From Eledone cirrhosa (Eukaryota): a stretch of 64,000 nucleotides of DNA. This document shows, one piece after another, positions 37,174 to 56,031 of this stretch; positions within the stretch are counted from its first letter, which is position 1; each line of letters starts with the position of its first letter. Location: positions 119,660,001 to 119,724,000 of the forward strand of contig OZ024742.1 of the NCBI GenBank assembly GCA_964016885.1, written 5' to 3'. The notes beneath the pieces are model-generated. The model saw only the letters and a program-made list of their open reading frames with translations, was not told where the DNA came from and made no database searches. The position numbers and the translations under genes are program-made.

Positions 37174-40100
37174 TATATATATATATATAGTATATATATA
37201 TATATATAGTATATATATATATATAGTATATATATATATATATAGTATAATATATATATATAGTATATATATATATATATAGTATAATATATATTAGTAT
37301 ATATATATATATATATATAGTATATATATATAGTATATATATAGTATATATATATAGTATATATATATAGTATATATATATAGTATATATATAGTATATA
37401 TATAGTATAATATATATAGTATATAATATAGTAATATATATATAGTATATATATAGTATATATATATAGTATATATATAGTATATATATATAGTATATAT
37501 ATAGTATATATATAGTATATATATAGTATATTATATAGTATATATATATATAGTATATATATATAGTATATATATATATAGTATATATATATAGTATATA
37601 TATATATAGTATATAGTATAATATAGTATATATATATATAGTATATATATATATAGTATATATATATATAGTATATATATAGTATATATATATATAGTAT
37701 ATAGTATATATATATATAGTATATATATATATAGTATATATATATAAGTTATATATATATAGTATATATATATATAGTATATATATATATATAAGTATAT
37801 ATATATATATAGTATATATATATATAGTATATATATATATAGTATATATATATATAGTATATAATATATAGTATATATATATATAGTATATATATATATA
37901 GTATATATAGTATATATATATATATAGTATATATATATAGTATATATATATAGTATATATATATATAGTATATATATAGTATATATATATATAGTATATA
38001 TATATAAGTATATATATATATAGTATATATTATATAGTATATATATATATATAGTATATATATATATAGTATATATATATATAGTATATATATATATAGT
38101 ATATATATATATAGTATATATATATATATAGTATATATATATATAGTATATATATATATAGTATATATATATATGTATATATATATAGTATATATATATA
38201 TAGTATATATATATATAGTATATATATATAGTATATATATATAGTATATATATATATGTATATATATATATAGTATATATATATATAGTATATATATATA
38301 TAGTATATATATATATAGTATATATATATATAGTATATATATATATAGTATATATTTATAGTATATATATATATAGTATATATATATATGTATATATTTA
38401 TAGTATATATATAGTATATATATTTATAGTATATATATAGTATATATATATATAGTATATATATATATATAGTATATATATATATAGTATATATATATAT
38501 AGTATATATATATAGTATATATTTATAGTATATATATATATAGTGTATATATTTATAGTATATATATATATAGTATATATATATAGTATATATATATATA
38601 TAGTATATATATATATAGTATATATATATATAGTATATATATATATAGTATATATATATATAGTATATATATATATAGTATATATATATATAGTATATAT
38701 ATATATAGTATATATATATATAGTATATATATATTAGTATATATATATAGTATATATATATAGTATTATATATATAGTATATATATATATAGTATATATA
38801 TATATAGTATATATATATAGTATATATATATACTATATATATATAGTATATATATATAAGTATATATATATATAGTATATATATATAGTATATATATATA
38901 GTATATATTATAGTATATATATATAGTATATATATATAGTATATATATATAGTATATATATATAGTATATATATATAGTATATATATATAGTATATATAT
39001 ATAGTATATATATATAGTATATATATATAGTATATATATATAGTATATATATATAGTATATATTTATATAGTATATATATATAGTATATATATATATAGT
39101 ATATATATATATAGTATATATATATAGTATATATATATATAGTATATATATATATAGTATATATTATATATATATATATAAGTATATATATATATAGTAT
39201 ATATATATATAGTATATATATATATAGTATATATATATATAGTATATATATATATAGTATATATATATATAGTATATATATATATATAGTATATATATAT
39301 ATATAGTATATATATATATAGTATATATATATATAGTATATATATATATATAGTATATATATATATAGTATATATATATATAGTATATATATATATATAG
39401 TATATATATATATATAGTATATATATATATATAGTATATATATATATATAGTATATATTATATATAGTATATATAGTATATAGTATATATATATATAGTA
39501 TATATATATATAGTATATATAGTATATATATATATAGTATATATATATAGTATATATATATATATATAGTATATATATATATATATAGTATATATATATA
39601 TATATATATATATAGTATATATATATATATAGTATAATATATATATAGTATATATATAGTATATATATATATATATAGTATATATAGTATATATATATAT
39701 ATATATAGTATATATATATATAGTATATATATATATATAGTATATATAGTATATATATATATAGTATATATATATATAGTATATATATATATATAGTATA
39801 TATATATATATAGTATGTATATATATATATATAGTATATATATATATATAGTATATATATATATATAGTATATATATAGTATATATATATATATAGTATA
39901 TATATATATATATATAGTATATATATATATATATATAGTATATATATATATATATAGTATATATATATATATATAGTATATATATATATATAGTATATAT
40001 ATATATATATATAGTATATATATATATATATAGTATATATATATATATATAGTATATATATATATATATAGTATATATATATATATATATAGTATATATA

Positions 40101-40621
40101 TATATATATAGTATATATATATATATATAGTATATATATATATATATATAGTATATATATATATATATATAGTATATATATATATATATAGTATATATAT
40201 ATATATATAGTATATATATATATATATATAGTATATATATATATATATAGTATATATATATATATATATAGTATATATATATATATATATAGTATATATA
40301 TATATATATAGTATATATATATATATATATAGTATATATATATATATATATAGTATATATATATATATATAGTATATATATATATATATAGTATATATAT
40401 ATATATATAGTATATATATATATATATAGTATATATATATATATATAGTATATATATATATATATATAGTATATATATATATATATATAGTATATATATA
40501 TATATATATAGTATATATATATATATATAGTATATATATATATATATAGTATATATATATATATATAGTATATATATATATAGTATATATATATATAGTA
40601 TATATATATATATATATATAG

Positions 40622-40661
<40 letters not shown>

Positions 40662-40849
40662 TAGTATAATATATATATATATATAGTATATATATATATA
40701 TATATATAGTATATATATATATATATATAGTATATATATATATATATAGTATATATATATATATATAGTATATATATAGTATATATATATATATATAGTA
40801 TATATATATATATATAGTATATATATAGTATATATATATATATATATAG

Positions 40850-40884
<35 letters not shown>

Positions 40885-40931
40885 GTATATATATATAGTA
40901 TATATATATATATATATAGTAATATATATAG

Positions 40932-40965
<34 letters not shown>

Positions 40966-40966
40966 G

Positions 40967-41019
<53 letters not shown>

Positions 41020-41063
41020 GTATATATATATAGTATATATATATATATATAGTATATATATAG

Positions 41064-41096
<33 letters not shown>

Positions 41097-41212
41097 GTAT
41101 ATATATATAGTATATATATATATATATAGTATGTATATATATATAGTATATATATATATATATAGTATATATATAGTATATATATATATATATAGTATAT
41201 ATATATATAAAG
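35250..41212. repeat. ~6-kb (TA)nG satellite array
   Basis: Units of TAG(TA)n with variable n. Confidence 0.97.
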
Positions 41213-41216
41213 TATG

Positions 41217-44005
41217 TTATTTATTAAAATAACAGATTAAAGATTAAGCAAAGAATCGCTGCTTCTCACCCTTAACGGGATCTTTTGAGACGTTTGTGGA
41301 AACGTTCCCGAGCAAAGAACGGAAAAAAAAAATATTTTACGTCATTATTTGGAGCGGTGAAAAACAATTACGCGGAATGACAGAACCACGTTTATGTATA
41401 AAAGAAGTCGTACGCTAATATTCTATTAGGTGGTTCATAGAGACGTTCTCTGGCAATGAACGGAAAAAACGAAGATAATACGTCATATGTGGTGTATGGA
41501 GAACAATTGCACGCAAAGACAAAACCACGTAAATGGTATAACTGAAGTCGTAGACTAAAATTCTAACAAGGAAACCGAATGGGCTTCAGAGTTAAGAATA
41601 AAGTAAATAAAATACAGAGGTAATTGAAATTAAATAAATACATACACGCATCCATATACGTACATACACAAGCATACGCGAAAACACTCGCCATAGGTAT
41701 ACAAATACACGCACATATATATATGAATGTGTGTGTGCATGTATACAAATAATTAAATAAACGTATATAAATAAATAAATACGTATATAACAAACGCACG
41801 CACATACCTACATGTAAATACACATATGTTCGGAGACAACGTCAACCAAAACACGAAGTACACATATACACATACCCTACATACGTACGAACCCGCATAC
41901 TCACACAGACGCAAAACACACGTATACACATAACCAAACGCATATGTACCAGAATATATAAGATATACGCCATAACATATACAATCAAATATACGTACGA
42001 GAAAGTATACGTCCCTTCACAAAACATACAGGTAATATATACTTACCTATACAAATAAGTAATGATATAAACATAACATATACTTAGCTACCACACCAAG
42101 ACGTAAAATATCCGCGTATAGATCGTACTATCCGTTAGGGTATAATGTGGGGCTGTAATACAGGAAAGTTTTGAGCAATTTATGTTTACAAGCCGAAATT
42201 GCCTCAGATTTTTTGTTTAAGATGTGGCCTTTGGCGTAGAGTATTTCCAGAGTATTACAGTTAGTACTAGCTACAGGGTTGCACGTGTTCCTACCTAGGG
42301 CTAGGTAGTTTAGCTAAATTTGAAGCTGTGATGTTATGTGCAAGGTTAGGAGTCGTTGAGTAAGAAATTTTAATAGTATTTCTACTAAATATTTTACTAT
42401 CTTTATGTGTAGGGGGAAAATGCTTCGTATTAAGGGAGTGGAAGATCTTAGCTAATGGTGTGGCCACCTCCATATTATATGGTGGGTTATACCATATAAT
42501 GCGTCGGGATCTATTTCTTCTAGGTCTATTCTCGTACTCTGTATATGCTACCTTATCGACAAATCCACTCCGAGCAAGAGCTTCATCGTAATATGTGGAA
42601 TGGTCGTTGAAAATATGCTCGTTAGTAGACAGACGGGAAAGCCTCAAAGAAACGTTTCTTACCAGATTCTTGGTTATGCTGGCAGGATGGTTAGAATGCA
42701 ATTAAGCGTATCATTCGGCTTTCTATACGGGTAATGCAAGCCATTCGATAAATTAAGGGTAACATCGAGGTAATTAACGACTGAGAGGTTGGCCTCAACC
42801 TGTATAGAAAGGTTGAAGCCTTTAAAGAAGGCTGTGAGTTCTTTTCTGAAGCTGTCGCAAGCACGTGGACCGCACTTAGTCATGGTCAAAAGACCATCAT
42901 CACGATACAAACCACCGTCCACGTTGGGGAATTCGTCCTTGATAGAGAAAATAAGGAAAAGGCCGATAGGATCAGTAACCTCCGCAGAATCGCTGGCGCC
43001 CATACTCACGTCGAATGGGGTACTATTAGATTTTTTAATCCAAATAGAGTCGTCGAAATTAATCACTGACTTACGGGCATTGAGGATGACATCAACTTGG
43101 AAACACTTAACCACTGTGACTGTTTTAGCGAAATTGATAGCTCTAAGGAGAAGTGGTAAAGTGATGGCGGAGTAGTAATTATTGATGTCGAATTGGATAA
43201 AACGACAATGTTCCTTGTTGCATATGCCGTTGAACCAATCAATCACCGCGAAAGAATTGTTCCACAGTGCAAGAGGGGCCAAACTTCTAATTTCAGGTAT
43301 AATTCTATCAAGAATTCTTTTACTAAGTCTACCTAAATCGGACTTCGTAGGGTTAATAAGCCGAATAGAGGGGTTGTTCGGAAAATTGGATTTGTGATCC
43401 TTCACGGTAAAGTGGGGAGAAATAGGGTCCAGAGGTTCGGTCCGGTCCAGGATGTTGAGATCAGAGGTGATTTTAAACCCAGCATCGTTGATTTCATTAA
43501 TGACGCACCGATTAGTTTTACGGTAATCCTTAGTTACAGCATTATGTAGTAGTTGATGATAAGTACTGCACTCCACTTGATATAGGTTGCCAGTTTTGTC
43601 GGAATGGACGTGCACAGCATTAGAATCCTTAATAGAACGAATTCTATTCCTCAGGTCCTGCTGGAAGGAATTGCTCCTATTCCGGAATTGATACTCCGTA
43701 TGAGTTCCAAGACATCATTTTCGAAGGGTAGCAATGCTGGGTTACACGGAGGGTTATTATAGGTTTAAACACAAATTTATCCTGTTTGTTGTCTGCTTTT
43801 CCCTGATTATCGAAATAAAAGGCACGCCAACGCAACCTTTTAATGAACGTGTCTGTTTTCTGTATCAGGAATTTAGGTACGTTTTCCTGCTTGGTACGGG
43901 TATGTTCTTTGTAGAAATATTCAGATGTTGTTTCTGCATGATGAATATAAGTCAATAAAGTTCTCAACCGAGGGAGCCAAATAGTAATAATAATAAATTT
44001 GAAGA
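41217..44005 (-). mobile_element. PLE family 2, degraded near-full-length copy
   Basis: ATG at 43939 (MQKQHLNISTKNIPVPS), FIKRLRWRAF, SDKTGNLY, FDINNYY, YRDDGL; frameshifts. GIY-YIG core deleted near 42290 with ILNKKSEAISACKH retained; ~900-nt 3' UTR. Confidence 0.92.
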
Positions 44006-44023
44006 ATGATAATTAATATTATT

Positions 44024-44213
44024 TGGCAGTATCGGTAGAGGGTAGAACGCCATGCTTTCCAGCATAGTTACGTCCCTTTACGATCTGAGTTCAAATCCCG
44101 CCGAGGTTGACTTTGCCTTTCATCCTTACGGGGTCGATAAAATAAAGTACCAGTAATGCACTGGGTTATTTGCTGGTCTTGTGCTTAAAGTAGAAACAAT
44201 TATTATTATTATT
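44024..44213 (+). mobile_element. tRNA-derived SINE family S1
   Basis: Matches the units at 10918-11495; (ATT)n tail. Confidence 0.92.
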
Positions 44214-47155
<2,942 letters not shown>

Positions 47156-50100
47156 TCATCATCATCATCATCATTTTACGTCCGCCTTTCCCTGCTTGCA
47201 AGGGTGGGACGGGTCTTATTCAGCACAGCATCTCTCCACTCGTCACGGTCCCTCGTCATCTCCACCGTGAGCTTCAATGATCTGAGGTCTGTTCTCACCA
47301 CCTCCGCCCATGTTTTTCGTGGTCTACCTCTACTACGTCTTCCTTCAACTGGCATTTCCTGGCACTTCTTCACCCATCGGTCATCCTCCATGCGCATCAC
47401 ATGTCCATACCACCTCAGTCTCCTCTCCCGTACACTACATTCTATCCCTCTCAGACACAGTTTCTCTCTCAACACATTTATGCTGGGTCGTTCACGCACA
47501 TTTACACTGCACATCCAACGGAGCATGCTTGCCTCATTTCTCTCCAGCCGTCGCATATCTTCTGCGGTAGCTGCCCATGTCTCACTACCATGCAGCATCG
47601 CGCTCCTCACACAGGCATCATACCACCGGCCTTTCGTACGCAGGGAGAAACCCTTCTTCGTCAACAGAGGAAGCAGCTCCCTAAACTTCTTCCAACCTGT
47701 CCTTATTCTAGATACTATGGCCTCGGAACACCCTCCTCCCATGCTAATCTGATCTCCTAGGTACCGGAAGCTATCCACCACTTCTATAGCGCCCTCTCGC
47801 ATTTGAAAAATGTGTCTATCAGTGCGACTTCTACTGTCTAATTTCCCTGTACATCTACTGCATACATATTTCTCCCTACCTGTTAGTTTGCCTGCTATCC
47901 CGCTACATCTCTTGTGTACCCAGGACCTACATTGTGTGCATTTTATAGAATTTATGCCAGTTCCTTTTCTGCATATCGAACATGGCCATTTCCCTGACGG
48001 AATCAGGGTTTTGTCCTCTTTTCTACTCATCAACACTTTTGTCTTAGCTAGATTTACTCTCAGTCCTCTTGCTTCCAACTGCTGTTTCCATAGCCGGAAT
48101 TTATTCTCTAGCTCCTCTACTGATTCTGCCATAAGAGCCAGATCGTCAGCATAGAGAAGTTCCCATGGACAGCCAGTCTTAAACTCCTCTGTTATGGCTT
48201 GGAGGACTATAATGAACAAGAGCGGGCTGAGGACCGAACCCTGATGTACTCCTACTTGTATCTGGAATTCCTCACTAAACTCCATTCCTACCCTGACTTT
48301 ACTGAGAGTACCTCTGTACAAAGTTTGCACTGTCCTTACAAGCCATTCCTCAACACCCAGCTTCCTTAGGGACCACCAGATGACAGATCGGGGTACCCTA
48401 TCAAAGGCCTTCTCTAGGTCAACAAAGGCCAAGTATAGTGGCTTATTCTTCTCTAAGAACCTCTCTTGCATTTGTCTCACCAAGAAGAGGGCATCTGTTG
48501 TACTCTTCCCAGGCACAAAACCAAACTGCATCTCATCTAGTTTGACCCTTTCTCTAATTAGTTGTGCTAAAATCCTTTCTGCCACTTTCATAACCTGATC
48601 TATCAGTTTTATACCCCTATAATTGCTCCTCTCCAAAGCATCCCCTTTACCTTTGTAGCAATTTATGAGAATACTGCTGCACCAGTCTTTGGGTATGACA
48701 CCACCATATATAGCCTGATTGATTATGCGTGCAACCAGTTTAGTGCCTACGTCCCCTGATGCCTTCAGCATCTCAGCAACTATTCCCGATGGTCCGGCCG
48801 CCTTACCATTTTTCATTTCCCTAATCGCCTCTTGGACCCTATATTCGTCAATCTCAATAGCTGGTCCCTCTGTCGGATCTACCAAGGGTAATTTCTCTCT
48901 CTCCCATTCGTTCTCCACATTCATCAGTCTCTCATAATGACATTTCCAGGCCTCCTTTTTCTGGTCATTCGTGACACTAAGTACACCGGCATCATCCCGG
49001 ACACATTTATCACCAACAACATCCTGATTTGCATTGACACACTGCCTTGCAATGTGGAACACCGCACGCCTCTGATCTTCCCGTCGCAGAACATTGGCAA
49101 ACCTCCTACTCTCTGCCTCCCTGCGTGCTAAGTACACCTGACGTCTAGCTTCTCTCTTAGTGGCTGTATATTCTTCCCTACTCCCACCCTTATTCCAAGC
49201 CTTCCATGCTAGTCTTTTGTCTCTAATAGCCTTATCTACACTGCTGTTCCACCACCAGGTCACTCTCTGTCTGGTTGGAGCTCTGCTCCAGCCACAGGTT
49301 TCATCAGTAGCCTTCAGCAAGTTGTCACGTAAGAACTTCCAGTTATTATCTGTCATACGTCTCTAAATCGTCTTCTTTTTCGTCATATACATCTTGAAGG
49401 GCTTTCCTAAATTTGAATTTTAGTGAAAGGTCTTTTAGCTTCCAGACCTTTCTTCTCCACACCTTCCTATATGGCTCATTCCATCTCTTGCTTACTGAGA
49501 TATCACTAACAACTAACCTATGCTGTGGGGTACATTCTTCCCCAGGGTATGCCTTGGTATTAGACACTATCTGCCTGTCCCGCTGCCTAACTAGCAGGAA
49601 GTCAATCTGGCTTATGTGCTCACCAGATTTGTAGGTTATTAGGTGATTGGCAGGTTTCTGGAAGTTTGTGTTGCAAATAGTCAATGTACCTGCATCACAA
49701 AATTCAAGAAGTCTCACTCCTTCTTCATTTCTTGAACCGTAACCATGCCCACCATGTACCCCAGTGTAACCATCCTGGAGCTGTCCAACATGACCATTGA
49801 AGTCTCCTGCTAGCATAACGATGTCTCCGTCCTCTGTCATTGTGGTTGTTTGCAAAAGTTGCTCATAAAAGCAGTCTTTCTCATCTTTGCCTAGGCCTGC
49901 TTGGGGAGCATAGACCGAGATGATTGTCAGTAGTCTCCTACCTACAACTAATCTAAGCTTAATTATTCGATTACTAACTCGAACTACCTCTATTGTCTTA
50001 TTGATCCATTTCTCAGCCAGGAAAATGCCTACTCCCCCTAACCCATCATCCTTACCTACCCAGAATAGCTTATAGCTAAGTCGCTTGCCTACGACTAGTC

Positions 50101-50431
50101 TCGCAGAGGCACCTCCCCATCTCACCTCTTGCACGCAGCACACATCCACCTGCCTTCTCTCCAGCATCTCCGCTATTTCAGCAGATCTACCTCTGAGAGT
50201 GCCAACATTAAGTGTTGCAACTCTGAGATGCGACGTCTTCATATTTTTCTATGCTGTTTTGTTGCTGTGCTGATAAGCTTTTTGGCATTGATACACTGGT
50301 TGGATGCCCTTCCTAACACCAGCGCCACTTTACAGCATGGACTGGGTGCTTTTATTTGTGCCACCAGCACTAGAGAGGATGTCTTACTAGACTCAAGGGC
50401 CCTCTCTACACTTCCATTTTACAGCATGGTC

Positions 50432-50435
<4 letters not shown>
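47156..50435 (-). mobile_element. RTE-clade LINE family C, full length with one frameshift
   Basis: ~190-nt 5' UTR; APE ORF 50242-49346 continues in another frame as the RT/PHD-like ORF 49356-47176; the stop codon runs into the (TGA)n tail. Confidence 0.96.
47176..50242 (-). pseudogene. RTE-C ORF interrupted by a single frameshift near 49355
   Basis: The two ORFs align end to end with families A and B (LETYD / xNWKFLRDNLL). Confidence 0.88.
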
Positions 50436-50462
<27 letters not shown>

Positions 50463-50689
50463 CTTATTGACACGACTCACACACTAATACTCATGCATAC
50501 AAACCACAACCACACATACCAACACTCATTCATGCATACAATCACGCACACCACTCACAAACATATATATATATACATATATTACCGACAGTACTGATAC
50601 AAAATCAAAATCAAAGTCAAAATCGTCAAAATCACTATCATGTCAACTGTTGACCTTTCCCAGTCCAGTTCGGCTTGTATATAATAACA

Positions 50690-51090
50690 ATAACAATAAT
50701 AATTGTTTGTTTACACTGGTAATGGCGGTGGTGGATGGTGTCAGTGTGGTGGTGGTAGATGGTATCAGCGTGGTGGTGGTGGATGGTCAGTGATGGTGGT
50801 GACAGTTGTTGGTGCTGTAGTTGTTATTGTAGTTGTTACTGTTGTTGTTGTCCTTCATTTCACTGCTGCTGTTGCTGCAGACAATGGTGTTGATGCTGTT
50901 ATTGCTGTCGCATATATACAAATACATACACACACATTCAACACAGACGATGGTGTTGTTGCTGTTGTTGTTGTTGTTGGTGTTGCTGCTGTTGTTGTTG
51001 TAGTTGTAGCTGTGTTGAAATCTGGTCGCATCCACGGAGATATACACATACACACACATACACATATGTATATACACATACATACATCAA
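50690..51090. repeat. Low-complexity (GTT/GGT/GCT)n and (CA)n region
   Basis: Direct reading. Confidence 0.8.
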
Positions 51091-51298
51091 AAGATAGTCA
51101 GCAGTATGTCAACAGGGGACAGGACAGCGACCTTAGAGTAATGTGGTGATGGTGGGGAGCGAGTGTAGGCGTTATTGTTATTGTGGTGACGGGGGGGTCA
51201 GTGAGATATAGATATATAGTATATATAGTATATAAAGATATATAGTATATAAAGATATATAGTATATAAAGATATATAGTATATAAAGATATATTGTA

Positions 51299-51900
51299 TC
51301 ATCATCATCATCATCATCATCATCACCGTTTTACGTCCGTTCTTCCACGCTAGCATGGGTTAGACGGGTTGTCCTGTTGTGGGCAGTGTCTGGTCGGCTG
51401 ACCATGCCTTGCTCATACAGGAACTGATCTGGCTTGATTTCTACAGCTGGATGCCCTTCCTAACACCAACCTCATTTACAGTGAGTGCTGGGTGCTTTTT
51501 CGTGGCGCCTACACGTCCACTTTACAGTGTGGGCTGGGTGCTTTTTTGCCGTGGCACCTCCACGACCACCTTGCGGTGGGGGGGGGGGGGGGCATATTGT
51601 TTATATGCTTCAGCATGTACCCATGGGAGGTCGGGTACCCTGTATTACTGCGTGACGCCAGAAGTCACGGTCGTGTGTCATTGACTTTGAGAGGTGTAGT
51701 TGGGTAAGGTCGGCTTTTATCACCTCATCCCAAGTCATCTTGGGTCTCCCCACTCCGCGGTTTCCATCAACTTCTAGTGCTCTGCACCTTTTTATGCAGC
51801 TGTCATCCTTCATACGCATCACATGTCCATACCAGCGTAACCGCCTCTCCTGCACGCAGCATTTGATTCCTCTTATGCTCAGTCTCTCTCTCAATTCATT
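51299..51900 (-). mobile_element. RTE family B, 5'-truncated young copy
   Basis: Almost identical to 34483-35075. Confidence 0.96.
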
Positions 51901-52921
51901 ATATTGTATATATAGATATATTGTATATATAGTATATATAGATATATAGTATATATAGATATATAGTATATATAGATATATAGTATATATAGATATATAG
52001 GATATATAGTATATATAGTATATATAGATATATAGTATATATAGATATATATAATATATAGATATATATAATATATAGATATATATAATATATAGATATA
52101 TATAATATATAGATATATATAATATATAGATATATATATATAATATATAGATATATATATATAATATATAGATATATATATATAATATATAGATATATAT
52201 ATATAATATATAGATATATATATAATATAGATATATATATATATAATATAGATATATATATATAATATATAGATATATATATATAATATATAGATATATA
52301 GATATAATATATAGATATATAGATATAATATATAGATATATATAATATATAGATATATATAATATATAGATATATATATATAATATATAGATATATATAT
52401 ATAATATATAGATATATATATATAATATATAGATATATATATATAATATATAGATATATATATAATATAGATATATATATATATAATATAGATATATATA
52501 TATATAATATATAGATATATATATATAATATATAGATATATATATATAATATATAGATATATATATATAATATATAGATATAATATATATATATAGATAT
52601 AATATATATATATAGATATAATATATATATATAGATATAATATATATATATAGATATAATATATATATATAGATATAATATATATATATAGATATAATAT
52701 ATATATATAGTATATAGTATATATAGATATATAGTATATATAGATATATAGTATATATAGTATATATAGATATATAGTATATATAGATATATAGTATATA
52801 TAGTATATATAGATATATAGTATATATAGTATATATAGATATATAGTATATATAGATATATAGTATATATAGATATATAGTATATATAGTATATATAGAT
52901 ATATATATTATATATATATAT
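51901..52921. repeat. TA-derived minisatellite (TATAGA/TAA variants)
   Basis: Direct reading. Confidence 0.92.
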
Positions 52922-54028
52922 ATTTATTAAAATAACAGATTAAAGTTTAAGCAAAGAATCGCTGCTTTCACCCTTAACGGGATCTTTTGAAACTAACAAA
53001 ATCAATCTGTAAACGCAGAACTGGATATTTCAAAAAACGTTGCAACCGGAGGAAGACAGGAAGACGATACTTTGGTTCGTGGTAACGTTCGCTGGCAAAG
53101 AACGGGAAAAAACGAATAATACGTCATTAATAGGAGCGGTGAAAAACAATTACGCGCAAAGACAAACCACGTTTATGGTATAAAAGAGGTCGTAGACTAA
53201 TGTTCTCTTAGGTGGTGCATAGAGACGTTCTCTGGCAATGAACGAAAAAACGAAGATAATAAGTCATATGTGGACCGTGGAGAACAATAGCACGCAAAGA
53301 CAAAACCACGTAAGTGGTATAGCAGAAATCGTAGACTAAAATTCTAACTAGGAGACCAAATGAATCTCCGCTACAGAGTTAAGAACTCTGGGTTTGGCTA
53401 TGTGTATACGGGAGTTTTGCGTCCGCGTGAGTGTGCAGGTTCGTACGTATGGTGGGTGTGTGTATATGTGTACTTCTTGTTTTAGTTGACTTACGTCTCC
53501 GAACATTCGTGTATTTATATGTAGTTATGCGTGTGCACTTGTTATATACGTATTTAATTACTTATATACGTTTATATAATTATTTATTTATTTGTACACA
53601 AGCATACACACACACACATATTTATATGTGCGTGGTTTAGTATACCCATGGTAAGGTTGCGTATGCTTGTGTATGTACGTATCTGTTTGCGTGTATGTAT
53701 TTATTTGTTTCTATTACTTCTGTATTGTATTTATTTACTTTGTTCTTAACTCTGTAGCGGAGATTCATTTGGTCTCCTAGTTAGAATTTTAGTCTACGAT
53801 TTCTGCTATACCATTTACGTGGTTTTGTCTTTGCGTGCTATTGTTCTGCACGCTCCACATATGACTTATTATCTTCGTTTTTTCGTTCATTGCCAGAGAA
53901 CGTCTCTATGCACCACTTAGAGAACATTAGTCTACGACCTCTTTTATACCATAAACGTGGTTTTGTCTTTGCGCGTAATTGTTTTTCACCGCTCCTATTA
54001 ATGACGTATTATTCGTTTTTTCCCGTTC
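52922..54028. mobile_element. PLE family 2 3'-UTR fragments in inverted arrangement (arms 53100-53386 and 53742-54028)
   Basis: Homologous to 41217-41900; ~287-bp near-perfect inverted repeat. Confidence 0.88.
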
Positions 54029-54242
54029 GAGTATCGAAAAATCGGCGCACGAGTTCACGATAAACAAAATTCGAAATGAGCGGCAGAGGGCTCAATAATT
54101 CAGATAAATCAGAGCTATAACTATCGTTAAAATACCGTCACACATAGAATATCTCTAAAATCAACCATACGACCGAAAAATTGCGATCTGGAAGATTCGG
54201 GACACTCAGATAAAATATCAATAAATCAATAAATCAAATGAA

Positions 54243-54263
54243 TAGTATATATATATATATATA

Positions 54264-54313
<50 letters not shown>

Positions 54314-54658
54314 TATATATATATATAGTATATATATATATATATATAGTATATATATATATATATATAGTATATATATATATATATATATATATAGTAT
54401 ATATAGTATATATATATATAGTATATATATATAGTATATATATATATAGTATATATATATATAGTATATATATATAGTATATATATATATAGTATATATA
54501 TATATAGTATATATATATATAGTATATATATATATAGTATATATATATATAGTATATATATATAGTATATATATATAGTATATATATATATATAGTATAT
54601 ATATAGTATATATATATATATATATATATAGTATATATATATATATATATATATATAG

Positions 54659-54720
<62 letters not shown>

Positions 54721-55992
54721 TATATATATATAGTATATATATATATATATATATAGTATATATATATATATATATATAGTATATATATAGTATATATATA
54801 TAGTATATATATATAGTATATATATATAGTATATATATATAGTATATATATATAGTATATATATATAGTATATATATATATATGTATATATATATGTATA
54901 TATATATATATATAGTATATATATATAGCATATATATATAGTATATATATATATATATAGTATATATATATAGTATATATATATAGCATATATATATATA
55001 GTATATATATATATATATAGTATATATATATAGTATATATATATAGCATATATATATATAGTATATATATATATATAGTATATATATATAGTATATATAT
55101 ATAGTATATATATATAGTATATATATATAGCATATATATATATAGCATATATATATATATATATATAGTATATATATATATATATAGTATATATATATAT
55201 ATATATATATATAGCATATATATATATATATATATAGCATATATATATATATATATAGTATATATATATATATATATAGTATATATATATATATATATAG
55301 TATATATATATATAGTATATATATATATAGTATATATATATATAGTATATATATATAGTATATATATATAGTATATATAGTATATATATATATAGTATAT
55401 ATAGTATATATATATATAGTATATATATATATAGTATATATATATATAGTATATATATATATAGTATATGTATATATAGTATATAGTATATATATAGTGT
55501 ATATATAGTATATAGTATATATATAGTATATATATAGTATGTATATATATATAGTATGTATATATATATAGTATGTATATATATATAGTATGTATATATA
55601 TATAGTATGTATATATATATAGTATGTATATATATATAGTATATATAGTATATATAGTATATATAGTATATATAGTATATATAGTATATATATATATATA
55701 GTATATATAGTATATATATATATATAGTATATATAGTATATATATATATATAGTATATATAGTATATATATATATATAGTATATATAGTATATATATATA
55801 TATAGTATATATAGTATATATATATATATAGTATATATAGTATATATATATATATAGTATATATAGTATATATATATATATAGTATATATATATATAGTA
55901 TATATAGTTTATATATTTGTATATATATATATATAGTATATATATATATATAGTATATATATATATAGTATATATAGTATATATATATATAG

Positions 55993-56027
<35 letters not shown>

Positions 56028-56031
56028 TATA
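54243..56031. repeat. (TA)nG satellite
   Basis: Direct reading. Confidence 0.96.

Noticed and set aside
49346-49360. Programmed frameshift or two-ORF organisation in RTE-C
   Set aside because: Families A and B are continuous here and there is no slippery site. A single indel or sequencing error is simpler.
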